DNA of 45,650 bases from Hyphomonadaceae bacterium. GTDB taxonomy: Bacteria; Pseudomonadota; Alphaproteobacteria; Caulobacterales; Aquidulcibacteraceae. The stretch is taken from contig JBEIEG010000001.1 in the NCBI GenBank assembly GCA_040383035.1, forward strand, positions 1-45,650, written 5' to 3'. This document shows positions 19,994-29,049 of this stretch, in pieces. A program made the translations under genes and the position numbers. The notes beneath the pieces were generated by a model that had not been told where the DNA came from, did not search any database, and worked only from the letters and a program-made list of their open reading frames with translations. Every line of letters begins with the position of its first letter. Within the stretch, counting starts at the first letter, position 1.

Positions 19994-20089
19994 AATAGTG
20001 GGCCTTTCATATTCGTTTACTGACGACTCAGTTTCTGCACGCTAGGGTGCTATACGAATTACGCAATGGTCCTTGAAAGTAGGCATAGG

Positions 20090-21394
20090 ATGGCAAAGCC
20101 ACATATTCTTGTTCTCGCCGGCGATGACGCTGGTGAGGTGTTGTCGCAAGCTGGCTTCACCATCGCAGGCGAAGACCATCAACGTCGCCAGACTGCCGCA
20201 ATTGTCGTCGATACGCGCGGAGACAGTGGGCCCAAAGCCGGTGAACTGGTTCGATCGCTCAAGGCCGCCTTAGGCCCCCGTGCTGGCCTGTTCATGGCGT
20301 GGAGCAATGGTGAAGAAAATTTCGACGTCAGTGCGTTTGATGGCGTTTTGGACGCGTTTGCGACACCTAGTGCCTTGTCGGCCCGCCTTGGGTCCAGCTT
20401 GCGCATCGCAGTTATGGCTGATGAAGCCAAAATGCGGTTTCGAACCTTAGCCCGCTTTGGCGGGCCCACCCATCCGCCCGTGCTGAGCAGCACCAAAGTA
20501 CCCAGAATCCTGTTGTTTGGTCAGCCTGACCCTGATTTATTGCAATTCACGACTGCCCTCGCAAGATTTGGCGCAGAGACGGTCGCCGCCTTCACCTCAT
20601 TCACCGCCTTTGATTATCTTCATGAGAGTGAGTTTGATGGTGTGGTGATCCTTGCCCGAGATGATCGGGCCACCGCGCTAGGCTTTTGCGCCGCAATGCG
20701 GCGTAATGCGCGCATGTTCCATATGCCTTGCCTAGTCCTTGGATCGCCGGACTTCGACAATCCACATGAAGCGATTGAGCGTGGAGCAACAGATTTTGCG
20801 ATTGCGGGAGACAATGACCCAGCCACCGCCGATCGCCTGTTCAACTTTGTTGAAGAAAAGCGTAGCCGCGATGCTTTGAACTTGGCTTTTGCAGCAGCCA
20901 GAGCACCGGCAGCCATCGAGGCAACCACTGGCCTTTATGCGCAGTCATTCTTCTTGGCACATTTGGAAAGCCTGGCCCAACGGGCCCACGAAACTGATCG
21001 ACCTTTGTCGATTGCCTTAGCTCGCCTCGACACCGAAGCCAGCCTTGGCGTGGTTCATACACGTCAGGGGATTGAGAGATTAGTCAGCCAGTCCGGAGCG
21101 ATGCTGTCGCGCTTGGTGCGCGCTGAAGATGTTGCGGCGCGTCTCGACCAGACCACCTTTGCTGTTGCCTTCCCAAGCTCCGATGATGAAGCTGCACAAA
21201 TTGCGGCTGAGCGCATTGCCGCGGTACTTGAGTGTACCGCCTTTGACGTTCAGGCCGATCACACCAGTTTTAGCAACGATCAACCAATCCAAATCAAACT
21301 GACGATTGCAAGCGCGAGCCTGTTGCCGCATGAAAACGCAACGGGTTTGCTTCAACGCGTCACCGCGCAGCTAGAACAAGGCCACGCCTCATGA
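20090..21394 (+). CDS. popA: PopA-like c-di-GMP effector (REC-like domains plus degenerate GGDEF)
   Basis: PleD-like architecture; AAFTSFTAFDYLHE; intact I-site RAED followed by degenerate active site ARLDQTTF instead of GGDEF; ends AAERIAAVLECTAF, similar to Caulobacter PopA as I recall it. Confidence 0.75.
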   Translation: MAKPHILVLAGDDAGEVLSQAGFTIAGEDHQRRQTAAIVVDTRGDSGPKAGELVRSLKAALGPRAGLFMAWSNGEENFDVSAFDGVLDAFATPSALSARLGSSLRIAVMADEAKMRFRTLARFGGPTHPPVLSSTKVPRILLFGQPDPDLLQFTTALARFGAETVAAFTSFTAFDYLHESEFDGVVILARDDRATALGFCAAMRRNARMFHMPCLVLGSPDFDNPHEAIERGATDFAIAGDNDPATADRLFNFVEEKRSRDALNLAFAAARAPAAIEATTGLYAQSFFLAHLESLAQRAHETDRPLSIALARLDTEASLGVVHTRQGIERLVSQSGAMLSRLVRAEDVAARLDQTTFAVAFPSSDDEAAQIAAERIAAVLECTAFDVQADHTSFSNDQPIQIKLTIASASLLPHENATGLLQRVTAQLEQGHAS

Positions 21395-22101
21395 GCCCTC
21401 CACCTCCTGAAGCAACCGCCCTCAACCGCCCAATAACGATCGACTTTATTTCTGACGTGATTTGTCCATGGTGCTATGTCGGGTTTCGCGCGCTGGTGAC
21501 TGCTTGCGTCACCCAAGGCAATATTCCCACCCATTTAGCCATGCGGCCATTTGAACTGGATCCAACAACGCCCAAAGAAGGCGCGGATCGCCGCGCGCGT
21601 CTATTGGCCAAATTCGGTGGCGATGAGGCCCGCTTAAAAGAAATTTCTGAAGCCCTCGTCGATGCCGGCCTACAAGTTGGAATTGCCTTCAATTTTGATG
21701 CGATCAAAACGACACCAAACACGCGCGATTGCCACCGTTTAATGCGCTGGGCGCGTTCAGCGGGTGTTGAAGTCGAATGTGCTGAGGCATTGTTTCAAGC
21801 CTATCATGTCGAGGGTGAGGATTTGAGCCAAGCCACTACGTTGGTATCCATTGCCCGTGGTCTTGGGATGGATGGCGATCTGGTCGCGCGCCTTTTGGCC
21901 AGTGATGCCGATGTTGCACCAGTTGAACAGGAATTGGAAATCGCCCAACGCATGGGTGTAACAGGCGTCCCGACCGTCCTGTTTAATCAGAGCTTTGCTG
22001 TCGTTGGTGCGCAAGGTGTCGACACATTTGTGGCCGCCTTGGACCGGGCGCGCGTTGAGCAAGCAGCTGCATCAGAAGCTGCCGCGCCTGGCACTTCCTG
22101 A
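21391..22101 (+). CDS. DsbA/FrnE family oxidoreductase
   Basis: IDFISDVICPWCYVG, PFELDP, PNTRDCHRL, GVTGVPT, GAQ; no signal peptide; ATGA overlap with popA. Confidence 0.9.
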   Translation: MSPPPPEATALNRPITIDFISDVICPWCYVGFRALVTACVTQGNIPTHLAMRPFELDPTTPKEGADRRARLLAKFGGDEARLKEISEALVDAGLQVGIAFNFDAIKTTPNTRDCHRLMRWARSAGVEVECAEALFQAYHVEGEDLSQATTLVSIARGLGMDGDLVARLLASDADVAPVEQELEIAQRMGVTGVPTVLFNQSFAVVGAQGVDTFVAALDRARVEQAAASEAAAPGTS

Positions 22102-22586
22102 TGCCAATTCTGGACTATCCGGCGTTCTGTGAGGCTTTGCCAGCCCGGCAAGCCCTAATCGGGATTGATCCCGGATCGACGACAATAGGGGTCGCAGCTT
22201 CTGACGTCACACGCCTCATCGCTAGCCCAGCTGGCGGGGTAAAGCGAACGAAGATGGCCGCCGATGCACAGGCGATTTTTGCGATTTATGCTGACCGCGC
22301 CGCTTGCGGCCTTGTGGTTGGTCATCCAATCAATATGGACGGATCCAAAGGCCCTTCGTCTCAAGCAGCGCGCGCCTTTGCCCGCAACCTCTTGAATGTC
22401 CGCGATGTACCGCTTCTGATGTGGGATGAACGGCTTTCGACCGCCGCGGTTCAACGTCAAATGATTGCCGCCGACATGACTCGAGCCAAGCGCGCCGCCG
22501 TCGTTGATGCAGCTGCAGCGGCCTATATGTTGCAGGGCCTTTTAGACCGCTTGCAAGGTGGTTTCAGCCTCGGCCCCCGCGCATGA
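22101..22586 (+). CDS. ruvX: YqgF/RuvX (pre-16S rRNA nuclease / Holliday junction resolvase-like)
   Basis: LIGIDPGSTTIGVAASD, VVGHPINMDGS, WDERLST, VDAAAAAYMLQ. Confidence 0.93.
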   Translation: MPILDYPAFCEALPARQALIGIDPGSTTIGVAASDVTRLIASPAGGVKRTKMAADAQAIFAIYADRAACGLVVGHPINMDGSKGPSSQAARAFARNLLNVRDVPLLMWDERLSTAAVQRQMIAADMTRAKRAAVVDAAAAAYMLQGLLDRLQGGFSLGPRA

Positions 22587-23509
22587 ACGTAGCCTTTACC
22601 GCCATTCTGCCAGTCTTTCTGGTCATCGCCATCGGCTTTTTGGCCAAGCGCGCCAAGATTGTGCCCGATACGTCTTGGGCAGCCGTCAATTCCTTTGGCT
22701 ATTGGATTTTGTATCCGGCCTTTTTGTTTTCCACGGTAGCAAGCGCGGATTTTTCGGGGCCGGATACCGTCCACTTTCTTACGTGCCTCGTAGTAGGTTT
22801 TGCTTTGGCCGGTCTCTGGGGGCTAAGTCTCAGGCTGTGGTTTCGTGACGACGGTCCTGCTTTTACCTCAATCTTTCAAGCCAGTGTGCGCTGGAATGGC
22901 TTTATCATATTGGCCGCAGCTCCTGCCCTTTATGGACAAGAGGGTCTCGCACTCATCGCTTTGGGTTTTGGGCCGGTGGTCGCTTTTGTGAATCTGATGA
23001 GCGTCTTTGTCATGGCTCGTTGGGCCCAGAATGACATTGTGCCAAGCCTTAAGGGCGCGCTGGGCGAAGTGATGCGCAATCCGTTAGTGCTGGCAAGCTT
23101 GGTCGGGATTATCGCTAATCTGATCGGGCTGACGAAGGTAATCGGCCCGCTAGAGCCAGCACTCGCCCTCCTAGGTCGTGCCGCGATGCCGGTTGCTTTG
23201 GTAAGCGTCGGGGCAGCTTTGAGTTTTGAGGGACTGGGTAAAGTACCCCTTCGCTTGGCGGTTGGCGTGGTTTCAAAGTTGGCCATCGCGCCGCTTTTGA
23301 TGCTGGTCGTCACACAAATGCTGGGTCTCGCACCTTTGCCCAGTGCGGTGGCCATCGGTGTGGCCTCTATGCCAAGTGCCCCGGCGGCCTATGTCCTCGC
23401 GCGCGAACTAGGCGGCGATGCTCCGCTGATGGCCGGTTTGGTGACCGCGACGACCTTGATCGCTTTGGTCACCATTCCGTTTTGGCATGTATTGACTATG
23501 CCTGCTTAG
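22583..23509 (+). CDS. AEC (auxin efflux carrier-like) family transporter
   Basis: About 10 hydrophobic segments; ILPVFLVIAIG, NPLVLA, MPSAPAAYVLARELGGD. Confidence 0.88.
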   Translation: MNVAFTAILPVFLVIAIGFLAKRAKIVPDTSWAAVNSFGYWILYPAFLFSTVASADFSGPDTVHFLTCLVVGFALAGLWGLSLRLWFRDDGPAFTSIFQASVRWNGFIILAAAPALYGQEGLALIALGFGPVVAFVNLMSVFVMARWAQNDIVPSLKGALGEVMRNPLVLASLVGIIANLIGLTKVIGPLEPALALLGRAAMPVALVSVGAALSFEGLGKVPLRLAVGVVSKLAIAPLLMLVVTQMLGLAPLPSAVAIGVASMPSAPAAYVLARELGGDAPLMAGLVTATTLIALVTIPFWHVLTMPA

Positions 23510-23526
23510 GCAGGTGTCGCATGAAC

Positions 23527-24126
23527 CTAGTGGCTCTTTGGCGCAGGTGGCATCAGGACGGTGTCGATCACATGGATCACGCCGTTCGAAGCAGCGACAT
23601 CGGCAGCGGTCACTGCGACGCCATTGACGGTGACGCGGCCATTGCGGCCATCAATCGTAGCCTGACGTCCTTGAACGGTAGTGGCGGGCGTAATTTTCTC
23701 GAGCAATTGGTTTGAGGTGATTTTGCCCGGTACGACATGATAGGTCAGGATCGAGACCAATTGTGCGCGATTTTCAGGCTTCAGAAGCGAGTCCACGGTG
23801 CCAGCAGGCAGTTTCGCGAAAGCGGCATCGGTTGGCGCAAAAACGGTAAACGGGCCAGCGGTCTTTAGGGTATCAACCAAGCCAGCAGCGTTCAGCGCTG
23901 CCGCCAAGGTGTTAAAGCTTCCCGCTCCAACAGCCACATCGATGATGTCACCCTTAGCGGCCTTAGCAGGCTTTTTGGCGGTAGACGCTGTGTGATAGCC
24001 GATGGTTTGAAAGCCAGCTGCTTGGGCTGCGGCGTCGGTGCGGGTCTTGGCACAATCTGCCATTGCCGGTGCTGCAGACAAAGCGAGGGCGGCTGCCGCC
24101 GAAGCGAACATTTTGAAGTTTAACAT
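23527..24126 (-). CDS. Secreted fasciclin (FAS1) domain protein
   Basis: Signal peptide; FTVFAPTDAAF (H1), ILTYHVV, NGVIHVIDTVL (H2). Confidence 0.95.
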   Translation of the reverse strand: MLNFKMFASAAAALALSAAPAMADCAKTRTDAAAQAAGFQTIGYHTASTAKKPAKAAKGDIIDVAVGAGSFNTLAAALNAAGLVDTLKTAGPFTVFAPTDAAFAKLPAGTVDSLLKPENRAQLVSILTYHVVPGKITSNQLLEKITPATTVQGRQATIDGRNGRVTVNGVAVTAADVAASNGVIHVIDTVLMPPAPKSH

Positions 24127-24168
24127 ATTTTCTTCCTAAAGATCGAGCGGGATAGCTCTGGGACAGTC

Positions 24169-24194
24169 TACGCAGCCCGGTTCAACTGGATGTA
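24169..24194 (-). promoter_or_regulatory. ECF sigma factor promoter candidate of the fasciclin gene
   Basis: Minus strand TACATCC-N14-GCGTA, ending 43 bp upstream of the ATG. Confidence 0.5.
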
Positions 24195-24313
24195 GGAGAA
24201 CCCAATTTCGTGATGTTTCTCTCTGAATTGTAATTCTAAAGGCTGTTTCAGACCCAGTTGCCGCAAAAACAAAGACCCTTCCCCCAAGCCGCACATCGCT
24301 TTAGACAGAAACC

Positions 24314-25774
24314 ATGAGCAAAGAGCCTTCTAACGCACCGGAATTTTCTGTCTCTGAACTGTCAGGCGCAATCAAGCGCCGCCTCGAAGATGACTTTGGC
24401 AATGTGCGCGTGCGCGGTGAGATGGGGCGGGTGACGCTGGCCAGATCCGGCCATGTCTATGTCGACCTGAAAGACGCCAATGCAGTCTTGTCTGCCGTGA
24501 TGTGGAAGGGTGTGGCGGCAGCGCTAAAGTTCCGGCCTGAAGAAGGGATGGAAGTTATTGCCACAGGCAAGATCTCCACCTTCCCCGGCTCTTCGAAATA
24601 CCAGTTGATTATTGAGCGGCTGGAGCCAGCTGGCGTTGGAGCTTTGCTGGCGCAATTGGAAGAGCGGCGTAAGCGCCTTGCGGCGGAAGGCTTGTTTGAC
24701 CCAGAGCGCAAGCAGGCACTCCCTTATCTGCCCAGCGTGATTGGCGTGGTGACCAGCCCGACCGGTGCCGTCATCCGCGACATTCTTCACCGCCTGTCCG
24801 AGCGCTTTCCTGTGCATGTGCTGCTATGGCCGGTCCTGGTGCAAGGCGACAAGGCCGCTGACCAAGTCGCGCGCGCGATTGCGGGCTTTAATGCTTTGCC
24901 GGCGGACGGGCCAGTGCCACGCCCAGATCTTTTGATCATCGCGCGGGGTGGCGGCTCCATTGAAGACCTATGGGCTTTCAACGAAGAAGTCGTGGTACGG
25001 GCCGCTGCAGCCAGCGCCATCCCGCTGATCTCTGCCATCGGGCATGAGACCGACACCACTCTGATCGACTTTGCCTCTGACCGCCGCGCACCGACGCCAA
25101 CAGGGGCTGCTGAAATCGCTGTCCCGGTGCGGCTGGAGTTACAAGAGCGCATGAGCCTGATCGGTGCCCGCCTGTCGCGCGCCATGGTGCGTGGCCTTGA
25201 GCGCGCCAAGATCGAACTTCGCGCAGCTACAGCTCGCCTGCCCCGCGCAGAAACGCTGTTTGCGAGCGCCCGGCAACGAATGGACGTGATTGACCTGCGC
25301 TTTGGCCCATCGTTGCGCACCTTAGTCGCCGCCAAAGCCCACCGTCTTGCGGCTATTGGTGGTCGGTTGCGACCGCAAGTGCTGCACCAAGATGTAACGC
25401 GCAGGGCCCAACTCGTCTCCAGCCTCGGCCAAAGACTGGGTGCCGCCCTCACGCGCCGCACAGCGCTAGAACGCGACGCGCGGAAGCGGTCCGAGCAACG
25501 CTTGGCCCTTGCCAGCCAACGCCTGCAAGCCGGTCTCACGCGCAGCCTAGAGGGCAAGACGCGCCATCTGGCTGGCCAAGCGAGTTTGTTAGAGGCTTTG
25601 TCTTATCGCTCAGCTTTAGAGCGCGGCTTTGCCGTGGTCCGCACCGATAAAGGCGTCGTGGTCCGCGCCAAATCTGCCATCAAGTCCGACGCGCGTTTGA
25701 CCCTGACCTTCCTCGATGGCGATGTGAAAGTCCGGGCCAGCGATGGCCCGGTTCAGGGCAGCTTGTTCGATTAA
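24314..25774 (+). CDS. xseA: Exodeoxyribonuclease VII large subunit
   Basis: SVSELS..VRVRGE..SGHVYVDLKD, VVTSPTGAVIRDI, ARGGGSIEDLWAFNEE, ISAIGHETD, RAPTPTGAAE, LERGFAVV. Confidence 0.98.
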   Translation: MSKEPSNAPEFSVSELSGAIKRRLEDDFGNVRVRGEMGRVTLARSGHVYVDLKDANAVLSAVMWKGVAAALKFRPEEGMEVIATGKISTFPGSSKYQLIIERLEPAGVGALLAQLEERRKRLAAEGLFDPERKQALPYLPSVIGVVTSPTGAVIRDILHRLSERFPVHVLLWPVLVQGDKAADQVARAIAGFNALPADGPVPRPDLLIIARGGGSIEDLWAFNEEVVVRAAAASAIPLISAIGHETDTTLIDFASDRRAPTPTGAAEIAVPVRLELQERMSLIGARLSRAMVRGLERAKIELRAATARLPRAETLFASARQRMDVIDLRFGPSLRTLVAAKAHRLAAIGGRLRPQVLHQDVTRRAQLVSSLGQRLGAALTRRTALERDARKRSEQRLALASQRLQAGLTRSLEGKTRHLAGQASLLEALSYRSALERGFAVVRTDKGVVVRAKSAIKSDARLTLTFLDGDVKVRASDGPVQGSLFD

Positions 25775-26922
25775 GTTGCGTCCAGCAGTTTCAACAATGC
25801 CTCTGCGGCGCGCTCTGCGGCTGGCGGATCATGGCGGCCCATTTTGTCGAGGGCCAAGGCTTGCGCACTCACTTGGTCTTGCGCGGCCTTTGGATCATAA
25901 AGAAGGTTAGAGGCCGCTTCTGCCAAGGCCTCTGGCGTCAAGCCATTTTGCACAAATTCAGGGATCGCCATCCGCCCGAGAGCAATGTTAAGCAAGCAGA
26001 TGAAGCGGCTTTTCAGCAAGAAGTTCAAAATGATAAAGCCGCTGATTGCGCCCAGGCGATAGCCCAGCACCATGGGCGTTTCTTGCAGGGCTACTTCCGT
26101 CGTAACCGTGCCAGAGCAGGCCAGCGCGACATCGCCAGCGGCAAATGCATCAAGTTTTTCATCCTCGCCCACCAATGTGTGCGGGAAGGTCCAGTTCGCC
26201 GCGCGCGCCTCCAAGCGCTCAGCCACATTCGGTGCCAGAACGGCTACCACATGAACGAGGGGGTCTTTGCTACTGATCAGCGCCGCCGCCCCTTCCAGAG
26301 CCGGCGCGACGCGTTGAATTTCCCCACCGCGTGAGCCAGGAAGCAAGAGGACGATCTTTTTGTCTGCTAATCCATGGCGAGCCCGAAACCCTGCGCCATC
26401 GCCTTTTCCCGCCCGCGCTATCGCAGGATTACCGATAATCGTGACTGGCAGGCCTGTGCCCTCGTAAAAGGGCACTTCAAAGTCATGGATACAAAACAAA
26501 GCGTCATAGACTTCGGCAACCGTCTTGGCGCGGCCGGGACGGGTGGCAAAGACTTGCGGGCCGATCATTTTGATCAGGCGAGCTTGTGGGACCCGGGCGC
26601 GAATGGCTTTGGCGGCGCGCAGCGTGAAACCCCAAGAATCGATCAACACAACGGCATCTGGTTGAAAAGCTTCTGTGGCAATCCCGGTTTCTTTTGCCCG
26701 TGCATTAACGGTTTTCAACGCCGCCAAGCCTTCAGTCAGGCCGAGGACGGATAGACCTTCAATCGAAACCGCGCTGACGATGCCTTGGTTGGCAAGCTTC
26801 TCGCCGCCAACGCCAGCGATCACCAGATCAGGCCGACGGGCCCTGAGAGCTTGGACGAGTTCCGCGGCCAGCTCATCACCGGATGGCTCACCGGCTACGA
26901 CAAAGACCCGGAAGGGTTTCAT
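25771..26922 (-). CDS. lpxB: Lipid-A-disaccharide synthase
   Basis: VVAGEPSGD, LIDSWGF, GPQVFA.RPGR, LLPGSRGGEI, SGTVTTE, PEFVQ. Confidence 0.95.
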   Translation of the reverse strand: MKPFRVFVVAGEPSGDELAAELVQALRARRPDLVIAGVGGEKLANQGIVSAVSIEGLSVLGLTEGLAALKTVNARAKETGIATEAFQPDAVVLIDSWGFTLRAAKAIRARVPQARLIKMIGPQVFATRPGRAKTVAEVYDALFCIHDFEVPFYEGTGLPVTIIGNPAIARAGKGDGAGFRARHGLADKKIVLLLPGSRGGEIQRVAPALEGAAALISSKDPLVHVVAVLAPNVAERLEARAANWTFPHTLVGEDEKLDAFAAGDVALACSGTVTTEVALQETPMVLGYRLGAISGFIILNFLLKSRFICLLNIALGRMAIPEFVQNGLTPEALAEAASNLLYDPKAAQDQVSAQALALDKMGRHDPPAAERAAEALLKLLDAT

Positions 26923-27770
26923 GACTGGGTATCCACTTGAACGCCCAGAATGAACAGCCCTGCTTCTTCTGCGGCCGCGATCACATTGTTACGGTCGATA
27001 ATCAGAGCACCACCCGCCTCAACTACAATACCGGCTAGGCCTGCTTTTGAAGCCCCCTCCACCGTTTTGACCCCGATGGTTGGAAGATCAACGCGGCGCT
27101 CTTGATCGGGTTTAGCGCGCTTGGCCAAGACCCCACGTCGTGCCGCTTTGGTACCACGAATATGGGTGGAGAGATCATATACCCGCGCCAACATGCGGTC
27201 GGTTCCCTCTTGCGCTTCAACCGCCAGAACCAATCCATCCACCACGATGGCACCTTGACCAATATCAAGTCGACCGATGTCAGCCGCAATGGTCATGGCC
27301 TTGTTTACGTCTGCAAGCTGGGTTTCGGTTGGTTCTGCGCCCGCGATCAAGCCAACTTCAGCCAACAGATTAGCCAAGACCTCATCTGTGCCGACGATGG
27401 CAAAGCCTTCGCGCTCAAACTCAGCCAGCACGGCGCGCAGCAAAGCATCATCGCCTTTGCGCATTTCCGCCATGATACGCGGCAAGGCCAGCGCGCCCCG
27501 CAAGTCTGGCTTGAGGGTGGAAAAATCAGGTCGATTAACAAGACCGGCAAACACCAGAGCATCCACGCCATCAGCTTTGAGGGCCTTCATGCGCTCGCCA
27601 AAATTGGCCAAGGCGCATTCGCTACCCGGAAACAAGGTAAGGCGCGGGTCGCACATGCCCTTGATCCGGCTGACATGAACCGGCATGCCAGAATCGCGGC
27701 AATGCTGAGCGAGGAGGACAGGCAAGTCCCCTGCCCCGGCAATAATGCCCAATTTTGAAAATGCACGCAT
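26919..27770 (-). CDS. lpxI: UDP-2,3-diacylglucosamine diphosphatase LpxI
   Basis: LGIIAGAGDLP, GDDALL, DIGQG, AVEAQEGTDRML, KPDQERRVDLPTIG; lies between lpxA and lpxB. Confidence 0.95.
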   Translation of the reverse strand: MRAFSKLGIIAGAGDLPVLLAQHCRDSGMPVHVSRIKGMCDPRLTLFPGSECALANFGERMKALKADGVDALVFAGLVNRPDFSTLKPDLRGALALPRIMAEMRKGDDALLRAVLAEFEREGFAIVGTDEVLANLLAEVGLIAGAEPTETQLADVNKAMTIAADIGRLDIGQGAIVVDGLVLAVEAQEGTDRMLARVYDLSTHIRGTKAARRGVLAKRAKPDQERRVDLPTIGVKTVEGASKAGLAGIVVEAGGALIIDRNNVIAAAEEAGLFILGVQVDTQS

Positions 27771-27809
27771 GTTGTCCCTTTGGGTCCGTCAGCCTCCATG
27801 TAGGAGGTC

Positions 27810-28604
27810 TTAGCGTTCCGCGCTACAAATCCCGCGTTTGGAAGTGCCATTCAAGAAGTCCAGCATGGCCTGAACCTGTTCGTTATCTTGGAAACCTTCG
27901 CTAACATCCGAGATTCGGTCCTGAAGGGGCGTGACATCATCGCCAAACAACATGTCAAACGCAGCTAAGATATCGCGGATTTGCGCTGTAGAGTTGCCAC
28001 GCCGCTTAAAGCCCACAATGTTCAGGCCTTTCAGATGGGCTGGGTTTCCATTGGCCATGGCGAAGGGGATTACGTCGCGGGTCACCAAGGCCAAAGCGCC
28101 GATAAAGGCGAAAGTGCCGATGCGCGTCCATTGATGCACGGCGGCTAGGCCGCCAATATAGACGCCTTTGGCCAAATGCGCGTGGCCGCCCAAGGTCGCG
28201 CTGCGGGCGAGGATACAATTATCCTCCACCACACAATCATGGGCGACGTGGGAATTGTCCATAAAATAGCAACCGTCGCCAATTTTGGTCAGGCCCTGAT
28301 CGCGCGTTGAACCCCGATGCATGGTCACATGTTCGCGGATTACGCAGGACGCGCCAATGACAAGCTGGGTATCACTATCCTGATAGGGATGGATCTGAGG
28401 CGGGCCACCCAAAACGGCAAAGGGCCAAACTTGCGTATTAGCACCGATTGAGACCCGGCCATAAGTCGTCACGTTAGAGACTAAATGGGCATCAGGGCCG
28501 ATTGTGGTTTGGCCTGAAATATAGCAGAAGGGGCCGATCTTGGCCCCGTCATGAATAATCGCGCCCTCTTCAATGACGGCGGAAGGATGGATCGTCGCAC
28601 TCAT
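27810..28604 (-). CDS. lpxA: Acyl-ACP--UDP-GlcNAc O-acyltransferase
   Basis: IHPSAVIE hexapeptide repeats, IREHVTMHRGS, HVAHDC, LGGH, AVHQ, GLNIVGFKRRG; start trimmed to ATG 28604. Confidence 0.96.
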   Translation of the reverse strand: MSATIHPSAVIEEGAIIHDGAKIGPFCYISGQTTIGPDAHLVSNVTTYGRVSIGANTQVWPFAVLGGPPQIHPYQDSDTQLVIGASCVIREHVTMHRGSTRDQGLTKIGDGCYFMDNSHVAHDCVVEDNCILARSATLGGHAHLAKGVYIGGLAAVHQWTRIGTFAFIGALALVTRDVIPFAMANGNPAHLKGLNIVGFKRRGNSTAQIRDILAAFDMLFGDDVTPLQDRISDVSEGFQDNEQVQAMLDFLNGTSKRGICSAER

Positions 28605-29047
28605 GCCAAATCTACTTTCATAGCAGCCCATTCCGCCTCGCAGGCCAATTGGCCATCCACTTCTGCTTTACCGGCAAATTTGTAGATATTGCGCCGGCCC
28701 AGTAGCACTTCGACATGAATGTTCAGTACGTCGCCTGGCCGAACAGGACGGCGGAACTTGGCATTATCGACCGACATGAACATGATCCCAGCCGTTTTCG
28801 CATCAACCTTCAAGGTCTTGGACATCAGAACCGCGCTAGCTTGTGCCATTGCTTCAATCTGCAACACGCCGGGCATTAGCGGGCGGTTAGGGAAATGGCC
28901 CTGAAAGAAAGGCTCGTTTGCCGTCACGCATTTGATCCCACGAATGCTTTGGCCTTCGACATAGTCGAAGCACCGATCAATCAGCAGAAATGGGAAGCGA
29001 TGCGGGATCAGGCGTTCAATTTCGTCACAATCAATGATGTCGCTCAT
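28601..29047 (-). CDS. fabZ: 3-hydroxyacyl-ACP dehydratase
   Basis: IPHRFPFLLID, NEPFFQGHFP..P.MPGVLQIEAMAQ, KFRRPVRPGD; start 29047 or 29053. Confidence 0.97.
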   Translation of the reverse strand: MSDIIDCDEIERLIPHRFPFLLIDRCFDYVEGQSIRGIKCVTANEPFFQGHFPNRPLMPGVLQIEAMAQASAVLMSKTLKVDAKTAGIMFMSVDNAKFRRPVRPGDVLNIHVEVLLGRRNIYKFAGKAEVDGQLACEAEWAAMKVDLA

Positions 29048-29049
29048 CT

